A stretch of 64,000 nt of DNA from Wujia chipingensis. GTDB lineage: Bacteria > Bacteroidota > Bacteroidia > Bacteroidales > Muribaculaceae. The notes below the pieces were generated by a model. It saw nothing but the letters and a program-made list of their open reading frames with translations. It was not told the origin of the DNA and did no database searches. The stretch covers positions 6,801-70,800 of the forward strand of contig CAVKDU010000007.1 in the NCBI GenBank assembly GCA_963655175.1, read 5' to 3'. Of this stretch, positions 39,124-47,890 are shown one piece after another (positions within the stretch are counted from its first letter, which is position 1; every line of letters begins with the position of its first letter). The translations under genes were made by a program, and so were the position numbers.

Positions 39124-39408
39124 CTAAAACTCGAATTTGTTGACCTTTGTGCCCGCCACGGTGCATGCCTTGATGAGCGGCACTATGCGGGTGAAGTGGG
39201 GAGTGGCCGCGTGGGCGTCGAGTGCCTGCCGGCTCTGCCACGTTTCGCAAAACATCATTGTCCTTGGACTGGCGAGGCTGCGCATCACGTCGTAGCCAAC
39301 GCAGCCAGCATCGGCGCGCGACTTTTCCACGAGTTCGTTGAGCAGCGCGCTGATTTCGGCCATGTCGCAGCCGGGCTTCAGTTCAAAAAAAGAGTTGACT
39401 CTAATCAT
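39124..39408 (-). CDS. Antibiotic-biosynthesis-monooxygenase (ABM) fold protein
   Basis: 94 aa from MIRVNSFFELKPG... with ETWQSRQALDAHAATPHF, typical of ABM/Dabb domains. The rest of the 269-aa track ORF is antisense to the Fur-family gene. Confidence 0.65.
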   Translation of the reverse strand: MIRVNSFFELKPGCDMAEISALLNELVEKSRADAGCVGYDVMRSLASPRTMMFCETWQSRQALDAHAATPHFTRIVPLIKACTVAGTKVNKFEF

Positions 39409-39424
39409 AATCCTGCTTTTTCTA

Positions 39425-39432
39425 CAAAGATA
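39425..39432 (-). promoter_or_regulatory. -7 promoter box (TATCTTTG on minus strand) for the ABM gene
   Basis: Plus strand CAAAGATA, about 20 nt upstream of the ATG at 39408. Confidence 0.45.
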
Positions 39433-39446
39433 GCGCAAATAATCAT

Positions 39447-39454
39447 TAATTTTG
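39447..39454 (+). promoter_or_regulatory. -7 promoter box TAATTTTG for the Fur-family gene
   Basis: Exact TAnnTTTG match 30 nt upstream of the ATG at 39484. It is immediately preceded by AAATAATCATTAAT, which loosely resembles a Fur-box half-site. Confidence 0.45.
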
Positions 39455-39483
39455 CACCCAAACCACAAAAAAGCATTTTGAGC

Positions 39484-39945
39484 ATGAGCACCAGTCAAGA
39501 CGAATTTCTGCACAAGCTGCAGCTGCGCGGCATCAAGCCCACAGCCATGCGCCTGCTGATATTGCGCGCCATGACGGCCCACCGCGAGGCCTTCTCGCTG
39601 CAGAGCCTTGAGGACGACCTCGACACGGTGGACAAGTCGACCATCTACCGCACCATCACCCTGTTTCTCACCCACCACCTGATACACGCCATCGACGACG
39701 GCACGGGGTCGCTGAAATATGCCGTGTGCGCCAACAGCTGCCACTGCGGCGAAGACGGCGGCATAGGCGACCTGCACGCCCACTTCTATTGCGAGCGCTG
39801 CCACCGCACGTTTTGCCTCAACAGCATACACGTGCCAGTGGTGACGCTGCCTGGAGCATTCGAGGTGCACAGCATCAACTATGTGCTCAAGGGGCTGTGC
39901 AGCGAGTGCTCGGCCAAGACCCACGATGCGCACGATTGTCGGTGA
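39484..39945 (+). CDS. Fur-family metalloregulator
   Basis: 153 aa with a winged HTH (LRGIKPTAMRLLILRAM...STIYRTITLF), then HAHFYCERCHRTFC and CSEC metal-site cysteines. Confidence 0.8.
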   Translation: MSTSQDEFLHKLQLRGIKPTAMRLLILRAMTAHREAFSLQSLEDDLDTVDKSTIYRTITLFLTHHLIHAIDDGTGSLKYAVCANSCHCGEDGGIGDLHAHFYCERCHRTFCLNSIHVPVVTLPGAFEVHSINYVLKGLCSECSAKTHDAHDCR

Positions 39946-40090
39946 AAGTGGTCAGTTTGTCGGCAAAAACGCCCTTTGCGGCGCAGGGTGTTAAACCAAC
40001 GCGCACCGCGGCAGTCAAAAAGGCACAAAAACGAAAAGAGAGAGTAAACAACAAGCAAGCTACACAACCCAACTAAAAAATCAGACTATT

Positions 40091-41434
40091 ATGAAACGGA
40101 CCAGCAGAAACTTAATGATAATGGCAATGCTGCTTGGCGGCATGCTCACCTACACATCGCCAGCAATGGCACAGGCAAGAATATCGGCCAGCGGAGGCCC
40201 CGAGCGCATGAGCGGACACCGCGGTGCAGGCTCGGCAGCCACCATGAGCCAGCAGCCCCGCAGCTCGCAGGCGCAGCCGTCGGCAGGCAGGCAGCAGATG
40301 CAAAGCGTGCGACCGCAGGCTCAGCCCGAGCGCCGCAACGAGCAGAGCGCAGCCAGCCGCGGCACACTGGGCGAAGGCCGCCGTCCAGGCATGACCACAA
40401 CCACCACCCGCAGCGCCGAGCGGCAAACGGCCACCATGCGCAGCAGCCAGCCCGACCGCCGATATGGCGGCACAGGCAGCCGCCCGAGCACCAGCGTGGG
40501 CAATGCCGACCGCTGGCAGAGCAACGGTGCAGGCGCCGCACAGGCCCGTCCGGGCACAATGGCCAACGGACGCCGCCCCATGGGCAACCAGCCCACCGAG
40601 TCGCGCCCAGGCAGCAACAATGGCGGATTCAGCACTCGCCCAGGCGGTAACGGCAATGGCAACAACAGCGGCAGCCACAACGGACGCCGCCCCGGCTACA
40701 ACGGCAACAACAACGGCGGCGGCTTCAACAACCGCCCCGGCGGCAACGGCAGCACCCGCCCAGGCAGCAGCAACTACCGTCCCGACGGCAACCGACCAAA
40801 CTATAACGGCAACAACGGCGGCGGATATTACAGCCACAACGACCGCAAATATGACCGCTACCGCTACGACGGCAAAATGCGTCCGCGCGGTGGCAACGAC
40901 CGCTTCTACTGGAACTACAGCCACAACGACTGGCGCCGGCCCGTGATGCCGCCCGAGCGCCGCTACCGCCCCGCCTCGCTGTGGTACTACCGCCCCACCA
41001 TGCCGTCGTATTACCGCCCCTACTACGCAGCCCCGTCGATAGTGAGCATACTGGGCGTTGACTTCGGCACCATGTTTGGCCCGTCGCTCAACTTCCTCTA
41101 CTACAAGGGATATGACATCGACGGATATTACGACAACATCGTGTATCTGCGCAACGTGCCCATGCTCAGCTTCACCTGGCCCGACGTGATGATGCGCTAT
41201 GACCCCAACAGCGGACTGAACTACGCCCAGTTTGTGTATTCAACCGCCTACTTCGACCGCTCGCGCTACAACCGCATCTATCACGACCTGTGCGCCACCT
41301 ACGGCCAGCCCATCAACTACGGCGGCAGCGACATGCGCCTCTCGTGGTATGGCGGCGACGGACGCGGCTACGTGACCCTGAGCCTCAACAGCGACGGCGG
41401 ACGCTACTACACCTCGCTGTCGGTGGGCTACTAA
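40091..41434 (+). CDS. Secreted low-complexity (R/G/N/P/Q-rich) protein with Tyr-rich C-terminal domain
   Basis: 447 aa with a signal peptide. About 270 aa of disordered sequence (GGNGNGNNSGSHNGRRPGYNGNNNGGGFNNRPGGNG...) are followed by a roughly 150-aa aromatic-rich domain. Confidence 0.6.
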   Translation: MKRTSRNLMIMAMLLGGMLTYTSPAMAQARISASGGPERMSGHRGAGSAATMSQQPRSSQAQPSAGRQQMQSVRPQAQPERRNEQSAASRGTLGEGRRPGMTTTTTRSAERQTATMRSSQPDRRYGGTGSRPSTSVGNADRWQSNGAGAAQARPGTMANGRRPMGNQPTESRPGSNNGGFSTRPGGNGNGNNSGSHNGRRPGYNGNNNGGGFNNRPGGNGSTRPGSSNYRPDGNRPNYNGNNGGGYYSHNDRKYDRYRYDGKMRPRGGNDRFYWNYSHNDWRRPVMPPERRYRPASLWYYRPTMPSYYRPYYAAPSIVSILGVDFGTMFGPSLNFLYYKGYDIDGYYDNIVYLRNVPMLSFTWPDVMMRYDPNSGLNYAQFVYSTAYFDRSRYNRIYHDLCATYGQPINYGGSDMRLSWYGGDGRGYVTLSLNSDGGRYYTSLSVGY

Positions 41435-41479
41435 CGAACACGGCACAACACATAATAGTCTAAGATAAGCAATCCAGCC

Positions 41480-41528
41480 GAGCCGGCTGGCATCAAAACG
41501 AAACGATGCCAGCCGGCTCACTTTTTTT
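41480..41528 (+). terminator. Intrinsic terminator after the low-complexity protein gene
   Basis: 15-bp perfect stem GAGCCGGCTGGCATC/GATGCCAGCCGGCTC followed by seven T. Confidence 0.8.
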
Positions 41529-41723
41529 GCCTGATGCGCGCAATGGCACGGTGTTGGAAAACTTGGATTTGTCACAAAAACAGTGATTTTTTGTGACACG
41601 GGCAGTTTAAATCAAGCAAAAAAGACAGCAAGATTGTGCTGGGGATTAAGGCTCCCGCTTTATTCAGGCGGGGCATTGAAAACTTGTTGGGGTACTGGGG
41701 GTAGGGTTGTCGGATAAATTCCG

Positions 41724-41731
41724 TAACTTTG
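41724..41731 (+). promoter_or_regulatory. -7 promoter box TAACTTTG for recF (spacing implies a leaderless or near-leaderless mRNA)
   Basis: Exact TAnnTTTG match ending 7 nt before the recF ATG at 41739. Confidence 0.45.
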
Positions 41732-41738
41732 CAGCACT

Positions 41739-42863
41739 ATGACACTCGACAGCATTTCGATAGTAAATTTCAAAAACATAGCCGGGGCGCAGCTGGAATT
41801 CTCGCCTGGGGTGAACTGCCTGATTGGCAACAACGGCATGGGCAAAACCAATGTGCTCGACGCCGTGTATTACCTCAGCTTCTGCAAGAGCTGCCGCAGT
41901 CTGGGCGACAAGTCGGCCGTGATAAGGCACGGCGAAGACTTCATGATGCTCAAGGGAGACTACACGCGGCGCGGCGTGGCCGAGCAGATTTCGATGGCCC
42001 TGCAGCGCGGCAAGCGCAAAGTGGTGAAGCGCAACGGCAAGGAATATGAGCGGCTGAGCCAGCACATAGGGCTGCTGCCGCTGGTCATGGTGTCGCCCAT
42101 GGACTGGGATCTGATTCGCGGTTCGGGCGAGGAGCGCCGCAAGCTCATGAACCAGATCATATCGCAGACCGACGCGTCGTATCTCGACGCCGCCATTCGC
42201 TATGGCAAGGCTGTGGAACAGCGCAACTCCATGATTCGCCACCAGTATCGCGACCCGCTGCTGTATGCCGCCGTCGAGGCCGCCATGTGCGCGGCCGCCA
42301 CCGAGATCCACAGCAAGCGCGCCAAGTGGATCAAGGAGTTCACGCCCATATTCATGCGCTACTACAACGCCATTGCCGGCGAGGGCGAGCGAGTACACCT
42401 GAGCTACCGCAGCCAGCTCAACGACGCGCCCATGCAGCAGTTGCTGGACAGCAGCCGCGAGCGCGACCTGGCCATAGGCTACACCACGCGCGGCACGCAC
42501 CGCGACGACATCGACCTGCAGCTCAACGGCCACTCGATGCGCGTCACCGGCTCGCAGGGCCAGTGCAAGACCTACACCATAGCGCTGCGCCTGGCGCAGT
42601 TTGAGTTTCTGCGCGCCTGCGTGGAGACCACACCCGTGCTGCTACTCGACGACATATTCGACAAGCTGGACGCAAGCCGCGTGGAGAGCATTGTGAGCGT
42701 GGTGGCGGGCGAGCAGTTTGGGCAGATATTCATCACCGACACCAACCGCACCCACCTCGACGAGATAGTGGCGCGCGTGGGCGGCGACTACCGCCTGATA
42801 GAGGTGCGCGACGGCCAATGCGCGCCACTGCAGGCCTCCGCCGGAGAGGAGGCGCGGCCATGA
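41739..42863 (+). CDS. recF: DNA replication and repair protein RecF
   Basis: MTLDSISIVNFKNIAGAQLEFSPGVNCLIGNNGMGKTNVLDAVYYL (Walker A) and the C-terminal LLLDDIFDKLD (Walker B). Confidence 0.9.
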   Translation: MTLDSISIVNFKNIAGAQLEFSPGVNCLIGNNGMGKTNVLDAVYYLSFCKSCRSLGDKSAVIRHGEDFMMLKGDYTRRGVAEQISMALQRGKRKVVKRNGKEYERLSQHIGLLPLVMVSPMDWDLIRGSGEERRKLMNQIISQTDASYLDAAIRYGKAVEQRNSMIRHQYRDPLLYAAVEAAMCAAATEIHSKRAKWIKEFTPIFMRYYNAIAGEGERVHLSYRSQLNDAPMQQLLDSSRERDLAIGYTTRGTHRDDIDLQLNGHSMRVTGSQGQCKTYTIALRLAQFEFLRACVETTPVLLLDDIFDKLDASRVESIVSVVAGEQFGQIFITDTNRTHLDEIVARVGGDYRLIEVRDGQCAPLQASAGEEARP

Positions 42864-43150
42864 AGCGCACCGAGGCCCAGCAGGTGGGCGACATCATCAA
42901 CGGATTTCTGAAGCAGGAAAACCTCGACTCGAAGTTCGACGAGCAGCGGGCCCTGATGCTGTGGGGCGAGATAGTGGGCCCCGGCATCAACCGCTACACC
43001 GTGCGCCGCTACGTGAAGGACGGCGTGCTGCACATAGCGCTGTCGAGCGCGCCGCTGCGGGCCGAAATGATGCTCACGCGCTCGACGCTGGTCAGGCGCA
43101 TCAACGAGGTGATAGGCCGCGAGGTGATTAGCGACATAGTGTTTCACTGA
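42860..43150 (+). CDS. DUF721-domain protein
   Basis: 96 aa from MKRTEAQQVGDII. Its ATG overlaps the recF stop (ATGA), the usual position of DUF721 genes after recF. Confidence 0.65.
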   Translation: MKRTEAQQVGDIINGFLKQENLDSKFDEQRALMLWGEIVGPGINRYTVRRYVKDGVLHIALSSAPLRAEMMLTRSTLVRRINEVIGREVISDIVFH

Positions 43151-43167
43151 AAAAAACAACAGTTATT

Positions 43168-43641
43168 ATGGAGAAAAACGAAGATATCAACAAGAATCTG
43201 CGCAACAGCAGCATAGCCGTTGAGCACCCGTTTAAGTGCTCAACCCCGGTGCAGTTGCGCTACACTGACCTCGACACCCATGGCCACGTCAACAACTCGG
43301 TGTATTTCAATCTGTTTGACCTGGCCAAAGCCGACTATTTCGGCCGCGTCATGGGCAAGCCGCAAGACTACCACAACGTGAATGTGATGATAGCCAACAT
43401 CAATTGCGACTACCTGGCGCAGACGCGCTTCTACGAGCCTGTGGCCATCGAGACGCAGGTGACGCGTCTGGGCAGCAAGAGACTCACCATAGTCCACCAG
43501 CTGGTGAACACCGCCACGGGCGAGGTGAAGTGCCGCTGCTCGCAGGTGCTGGTGTATTTCGACACCACCGTGCGCGCCACAGCTCCGGTGCCGCAGCACT
43601 GGCGCGAAGCGCTTGAGGCGTTTGAGGGCCGCAAACTGTAA
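43168..43641 (+). CDS. Acyl-CoA thioesterase (4HBT/YbgC-like hotdog fold)
   Basis: RYTDLDTHGHVNNSVYFNLFD is the characteristic N-terminal catalytic region. Confidence 0.75.
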   Translation: MEKNEDINKNLRNSSIAVEHPFKCSTPVQLRYTDLDTHGHVNNSVYFNLFDLAKADYFGRVMGKPQDYHNVNVMIANINCDYLAQTRFYEPVAIETQVTRLGSKRLTIVHQLVNTATGEVKCRCSQVLVYFDTTVRATAPVPQHWREALEAFEGRKL

Positions 43642-43665
43642 TTCACCCCAATAAAAGAACCGCTT

Positions 43666-44760
43666 ATGAAAAAAGACAGAATATACGGGCTTTTAAGCCT
43701 TGTGGCATGCGCACTGATGATGGTGGCCGCAGTGGCCCGCAAAGACGGCCGCCTGCTGGGCCACGACCTGACGCATCAGACCCAAGCCGAGCAGGCCGCA
43801 GCAGCGCCTGCCGACACGGTGCGGACTCTGGCCGACGGGTCGATGGTGATAAGCACCGGTCCGCTGGCCCGCGACGTGAAGGGCTATGCGGGCGAAGTGC
43901 CGCTTGAAATCACGGTGAAAGACGGCAAAGTGGCCGCCATAAAGGCGCTGCCCAACAGCGAGACACCCGACTTCTTCAACCGTGCCGCCAAAGGGCTGCT
44001 GAACCTGTGGAACGGCAAGACGCTCGACGAGGCCTCGCAGATGCAGGTCGACGCCGTGACGGGCGCCACCTACTCTTCGAAAGCCATAATAGGCAACGTG
44101 AAGCGCGGACTGCAGTTTGCGCAGAAGCAGTCGGCCGCGCCCGCCGGCACCGACTGGGCCGACCTGCTGTCGGCAAAATTCCTGGCCGGGCTCATAGTGG
44201 CGCTCATGGCCGCCACACTGCCGCTGATGGTGAAAAACAAGACCTACCGCATGGTGCAGCTGGTGCTCAACGTGGCTGTGCTGGGCCTGTGGGGCGGCAC
44301 GTTTGTGTCCTACAGCTCGATGATGGGCTTCCTGTCGGGCGGCCTCAGCCTGCCGGCCATGCTCGTGCCAGCGGTGCTGCTGGTCACGGCGTTTGTCTAC
44401 CCCGCGGTGCTGGGCAAGAAGTCGTATTACTGCGCCAACGTGTGCCCGCTGGGGTCGCTGCAGCAGCTGGCAAGCCGCTGCGGCAAGCGCAAACTGCCGA
44501 TAAGCCCCGCATGGCTGCACCGCCTCGACTGGCTGCGGCGCGGACTGTGGGCCGCACTGATGCTGTGCATGTGGAGCGGGCTGTGGATGGACTGGATCAA
44601 CTACGAACTGTTTGCCGCATTCATCTTCCAGTCGGCATCGGTGGGCGTGCTTGTGGCCGCCGCAGCGGTGGCGGTGCTGTCGGCATTCGTCACGCGGCCC
44701 TACTGCCGCTTTGTGTGCCCCACCGGCACACTGCTCAAGTTAAGTCAAAACTCAAAATAG
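43666..44760 (+). CDS. Membrane protein with periplasmic FMN-binding domain and polyferredoxin-like Cys motifs
   Basis: FMN_bind motif VDAVTGATYSSKAI, several TM helices, and YCANVCPLGSLQ plus YCRFVCPTG (NapH/NosR-like). Confidence 0.7.
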   Translation: MKKDRIYGLLSLVACALMMVAAVARKDGRLLGHDLTHQTQAEQAAAAPADTVRTLADGSMVISTGPLARDVKGYAGEVPLEITVKDGKVAAIKALPNSETPDFFNRAAKGLLNLWNGKTLDEASQMQVDAVTGATYSSKAIIGNVKRGLQFAQKQSAAPAGTDWADLLSAKFLAGLIVALMAATLPLMVKNKTYRMVQLVLNVAVLGLWGGTFVSYSSMMGFLSGGLSLPAMLVPAVLLVTAFVYPAVLGKKSYYCANVCPLGSLQQLASRCGKRKLPISPAWLHRLDWLRRGLWAALMLCMWSGLWMDWINYELFAAFIFQSASVGVLVAAAAVAVLSAFVTRPYCRFVCPTGTLLKLSQNSK

Positions 44761-44769
44761 CATAACACA

Positions 44770-45420
44770 ATGAAGACAACACCCTCAATAATTTTGAATG
44801 TGGTGCTGGCCGCCGCACTGGCAGTGACGTGCGTGCAGCTGGCGCGCACAGGCAGTCACGGCCCGGCCACGACCGATGAAGTGCCGTCGGCCCAGGGCCA
44901 GTTTAAGGAATTCGACCCGTCGAAAGAGTTCAGCGCCAACCCGTTCACCTTCTTCATGGGCGACGGCCACGGCCTGCTGCTGGCGGCAGGCGACCGCGAG
45001 CGGTCGAACGCCATGACCATTGGCTGGGGCTCGCTGGGCGGCGTGTGGGGCGACAGCACAAGCACCATCACCGTGTTTGTGGCCCAGCAGCGCCTGACCC
45101 ACGTGCTGATGGAGCAAAGCAAATACTTCACCGTGATGCGCTTCGACTCGGCACACGACGGCGTGCTCGACTACATGGGCCACCACAGCGGCCGCGACGG
45201 CGACAAAGCCGCAGCACTGGGCCTACACACGCTCTACACCGAGCACGGCGCGCCCTACTACGCCGAGGCCAGCGAGGTGTATGAGTGCGAGACCATCTAC
45301 CACACCCAGCTCGACTCGGCCGCATTCGGCGACCTGCCGCGCAACTTCTACAAGGACTACACGGCCGGAATCCACTCGGTGTATGTTGGCCGCATAATCA
45401 AAGCCCTCAAAAAGCAATAG
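44770..45420 (+). CDS. Flavin-reductase-like domain protein with N-terminal membrane anchor
   Basis: An N-terminal hydrophobic helix (IILNVVLAAALAVTCVQLA) followed by SNAMTIGWGSLGGVWG, typical of flavin reductase/flavoredoxin domains. Confidence 0.65.
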   Translation: MKTTPSIILNVVLAAALAVTCVQLARTGSHGPATTDEVPSAQGQFKEFDPSKEFSANPFTFFMGDGHGLLLAAGDRERSNAMTIGWGSLGGVWGDSTSTITVFVAQQRLTHVLMEQSKYFTVMRFDSAHDGVLDYMGHHSGRDGDKAAALGLHTLYTEHGAPYYAEASEVYECETIYHTQLDSAAFGDLPRNFYKDYTAGIHSVYVGRIIKALKKQ

Positions 45421-45450
45421 CCGCCAAGGGACTACTCAAAAACAGGCACA

Positions 45451-45491
45451 GCGTCAGCCCGGCCACCGCACCATGGAGGCCGGGCTGACGC
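45451..45491 (+). terminator. Strong hairpin after the flavin-reductase-like gene
   Basis: 14-bp perfect stem GCGTCAGCCCGGCC/GGCCGGGCTGACGC. There is no T-run. Confidence 0.45.
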
Positions 45492-45604
45492 GCTCATAGC
45501 GCCGCATGGCGGGCCCCGAGCAAAAAAAGTGAGGTGAAATGCGTGGGGATTTTGGTCAGTTTCACGATTATTTTGTAAGTTTGTGTTTATTAAACTTTGT
45601 GACA

Positions 45605-47842
45605 ATGACAATCACACCAGCAAAAATGACTCCCGAGCAGGAGGCCAAGATGATAGACGACGCTTACCAAGACCTTTTACACGGCTACTTGACGAGCAAC
45701 CACCGCAAGAAGGTGGAGATAATTGAGAAGGCGTTCAAGTTTGCGCGCGATGCCCACAACGGCATCAGGCGCCGCTCGGGCGAGCCCTACATCATGCACC
45801 CGCTGGCCGTGGCCAAAATCGTGAGTCAGGAGATAGGCCTCGGCTCCACATCGATATGCGCCGCACTGCTGCACGATGTGGTGGAGGACACCGACTTCAC
45901 CATCGAAGACATCGAGGCGCAATTCGGCAAAAAAATCGCGCAGATAGTGGAGGGGCTCACCAAGATTTCGGGCGGCATATTCGGCACCCACGCCTCGGCG
46001 CAGGCCGAGAACTTCCGCAAACTGCTGCTCACCATGAACGACGACATACGCGTGGTGCTGATTAAGATGGCCGACCGCCTGCACAACATGCGCACGCTCG
46101 ACTCGATGCCGCCCGCCAAGCAATACAAGATTGCCGGCGAAACGCTCTACATCTACGCCCCGCTGGCCCACCGCCTCGGCCTCTTTGCCATAAAGACCGA
46201 GCTCGAGGATCTGAGCTTCAAATATGAGCACCCCGACACCTACAAGACCATAGGCGAGAAGATAGCCCTCACCGAGGCAAGGCGCAACGAGCTGTTTGAG
46301 CACTTCGCTGCCCCTATACGCCAGCGGCTCGACAAGCTGGGGCTCACCTACGAGTTTAAGGTGCGCGTGAAGTCGCGCTACTCGATATGGAAGAAGATGG
46401 AGACCAAGCACATACCATTTGAGGAGGTGTATGACCTGTATGCGGCCCGCATCGTGTTTGAATGCCCCAACGAGGCCGACGAGAAGCGCATATGCTGGAA
46501 CATATACAGCGAAATCACCGACCTCTACAAGCTGCACCCCGACCGCACGCGCGACTGGGTGAGCACGCCCAAGGCCAACGGCTACCGCGCGCTGCACATC
46601 ACCGTGATGGGCCCCGACGGCAACTGGGTGGAGGTGCAGATTCGCTCGCGCCGCATGGACGACATTGCCGAGCGCGGATTTGCCGCCCACTGGAAATACA
46701 AAATCGGCGAGGGCGAGGAAGAGAGCGAGCTGGCCGTGTGGCTGCAAACCATCGAAGACATTCTGAAGAATCCCGAGCCCAACGCGCTCGACTTTCTCGA
46801 CACAATAAAGCTCAACCTGTTTGCCTCCGAGATTGTGGTGTTCACCCCCAAGGGCGAACTGATTACGCTGCCCAAGGACGCCACCGTGCTCGACATGGCA
46901 TTCACGCTGCACACCGAAATCGGCACGCACTGCATTGCCGGCAAGGTGAACCACCGCCTTGTGCCGCTGTCGCACAAGCTGGCCAGCGGCGACCAGGTGG
47001 AAATCCTCACCTCGCACTCGCAGCAGCCGCAGGCCGAGTGGGAGAAATTTCTGGTCACCGCCAAGGGCAAGACGCGCCTGCGCGCCGCACTGCGCCACAA
47101 CCGCCGCATGGTGATGGAGCGCGGCTCGGCCATGCTGCAAAAGCTGCTCGACGACAACGGACTGAAGCTGACCAACGAGGCGCTGACGCGCATCATCAGC
47201 AGCGAGCACGTGCAGAACAAGGACGAGCTATACTACATGATTGGCAACAACGAGATTGCCCTCTCCGACCAGCTGCTGAAGGCGGTGAAACCGCAGTCGC
47301 AAGGCTTGTTTGGCAAACTGCTGCACAACTTCGGCAGCAGCAAGAAGAGTGCCAAGCCGGAAGGCGGCGACATAATTAAGGACAAGGTGGAGTTTGGCAA
47401 GGTGTACGTGCTGAAGACGGTGGACGGCGTGAGCAACTACCGCACCGAGGACTGCTGCAACCCCATTCCGGGCGACGACGTGCTGGGCTACGTGAACGAG
47501 CAGGGCGAGGTGATAGTGCACAAAATGGACTGCCCCGTGGCCATGAAGCTGAAGTCGGGCTTCGGCACGCGCATAGTGCAGACGCGCTGGGACGACTCGC
47601 GCAAGAAGTTCCTGGCCTCGCTGCACATCGAGGGCATCGACCGCATGGGCATTCTGCAAGAAATCATCTACCTGATTTCCACCAATCTGGCCATCAACAT
47701 CAGGAAACTCGACATCGCAGCCGAGGAGGGCCTGTTCACCTGCAGTCTCGACGTGCTAATCGACGACGCTGCCGTGGTGAGCAAAATGTGCAAGCGGCTG
47801 AAGAAGGTGAAAGGCGTTACGTCGGCCGCGCGCATAAGCTAA
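45605..47842 (+). CDS. Bifunctional RelA/SpoT-family (p)ppGpp synthetase/hydrolase
   Basis: HD domain (HPLAVAKIV...LLHDVVEDT), synthetase core (YRALHITVMGPDGNWVEVQIRSRRM), and TGS and ACT-like C-terminal regions. The start is taken at MTITPAKMTPEQ. Confidence 0.9.
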   Translation: MTITPAKMTPEQEAKMIDDAYQDLLHGYLTSNHRKKVEIIEKAFKFARDAHNGIRRRSGEPYIMHPLAVAKIVSQEIGLGSTSICAALLHDVVEDTDFTIEDIEAQFGKKIAQIVEGLTKISGGIFGTHASAQAENFRKLLLTMNDDIRVVLIKMADRLHNMRTLDSMPPAKQYKIAGETLYIYAPLAHRLGLFAIKTELEDLSFKYEHPDTYKTIGEKIALTEARRNELFEHFAAPIRQRLDKLGLTYEFKVRVKSRYSIWKKMETKHIPFEEVYDLYAARIVFECPNEADEKRICWNIYSEITDLYKLHPDRTRDWVSTPKANGYRALHITVMGPDGNWVEVQIRSRRMDDIAERGFAAHWKYKIGEGEEESELAVWLQTIEDILKNPEPNALDFLDTIKLNLFASEIVVFTPKGELITLPKDATVLDMAFTLHTEIGTHCIAGKVNHRLVPLSHKLASGDQVEILTSHSQQPQAEWEKFLVTAKGKTRLRAALRHNRRMVMERGSAMLQKLLDDNGLKLTNEALTRIISSEHVQNKDELYYMIGNNEIALSDQLLKAVKPQSQGLFGKLLHNFGSSKKSAKPEGGDIIKDKVEFGKVYVLKTVDGVSNYRTEDCCNPIPGDDVLGYVNEQGEVIVHKMDCPVAMKLKSGFGTRIVQTRWDDSRKKFLASLHIEGIDRMGILQEIIYLISTNLAINIRKLDIAAEEGLFTCSLDVLIDDAAVVSKMCKRLKKVKGVTSAARIS

Positions 47843-47890
47843 TGCGCCCCTACGATTGTTTTGATTGAAGCATCACACACATAGCATATT

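Noticed and set aside
39112-39945. Overlapping 277-aa (plus) and 269-aa (minus) ORFs spanning the ABM/Fur region.
   Set aside because: Only the last 153 codons of the plus ORF (Fur family) and the last 94 codons of the minus ORF (ABM fold) are protein-like. The remainders are each antisense to the other real gene, and the two promoter boxes sit between the shorter genes.
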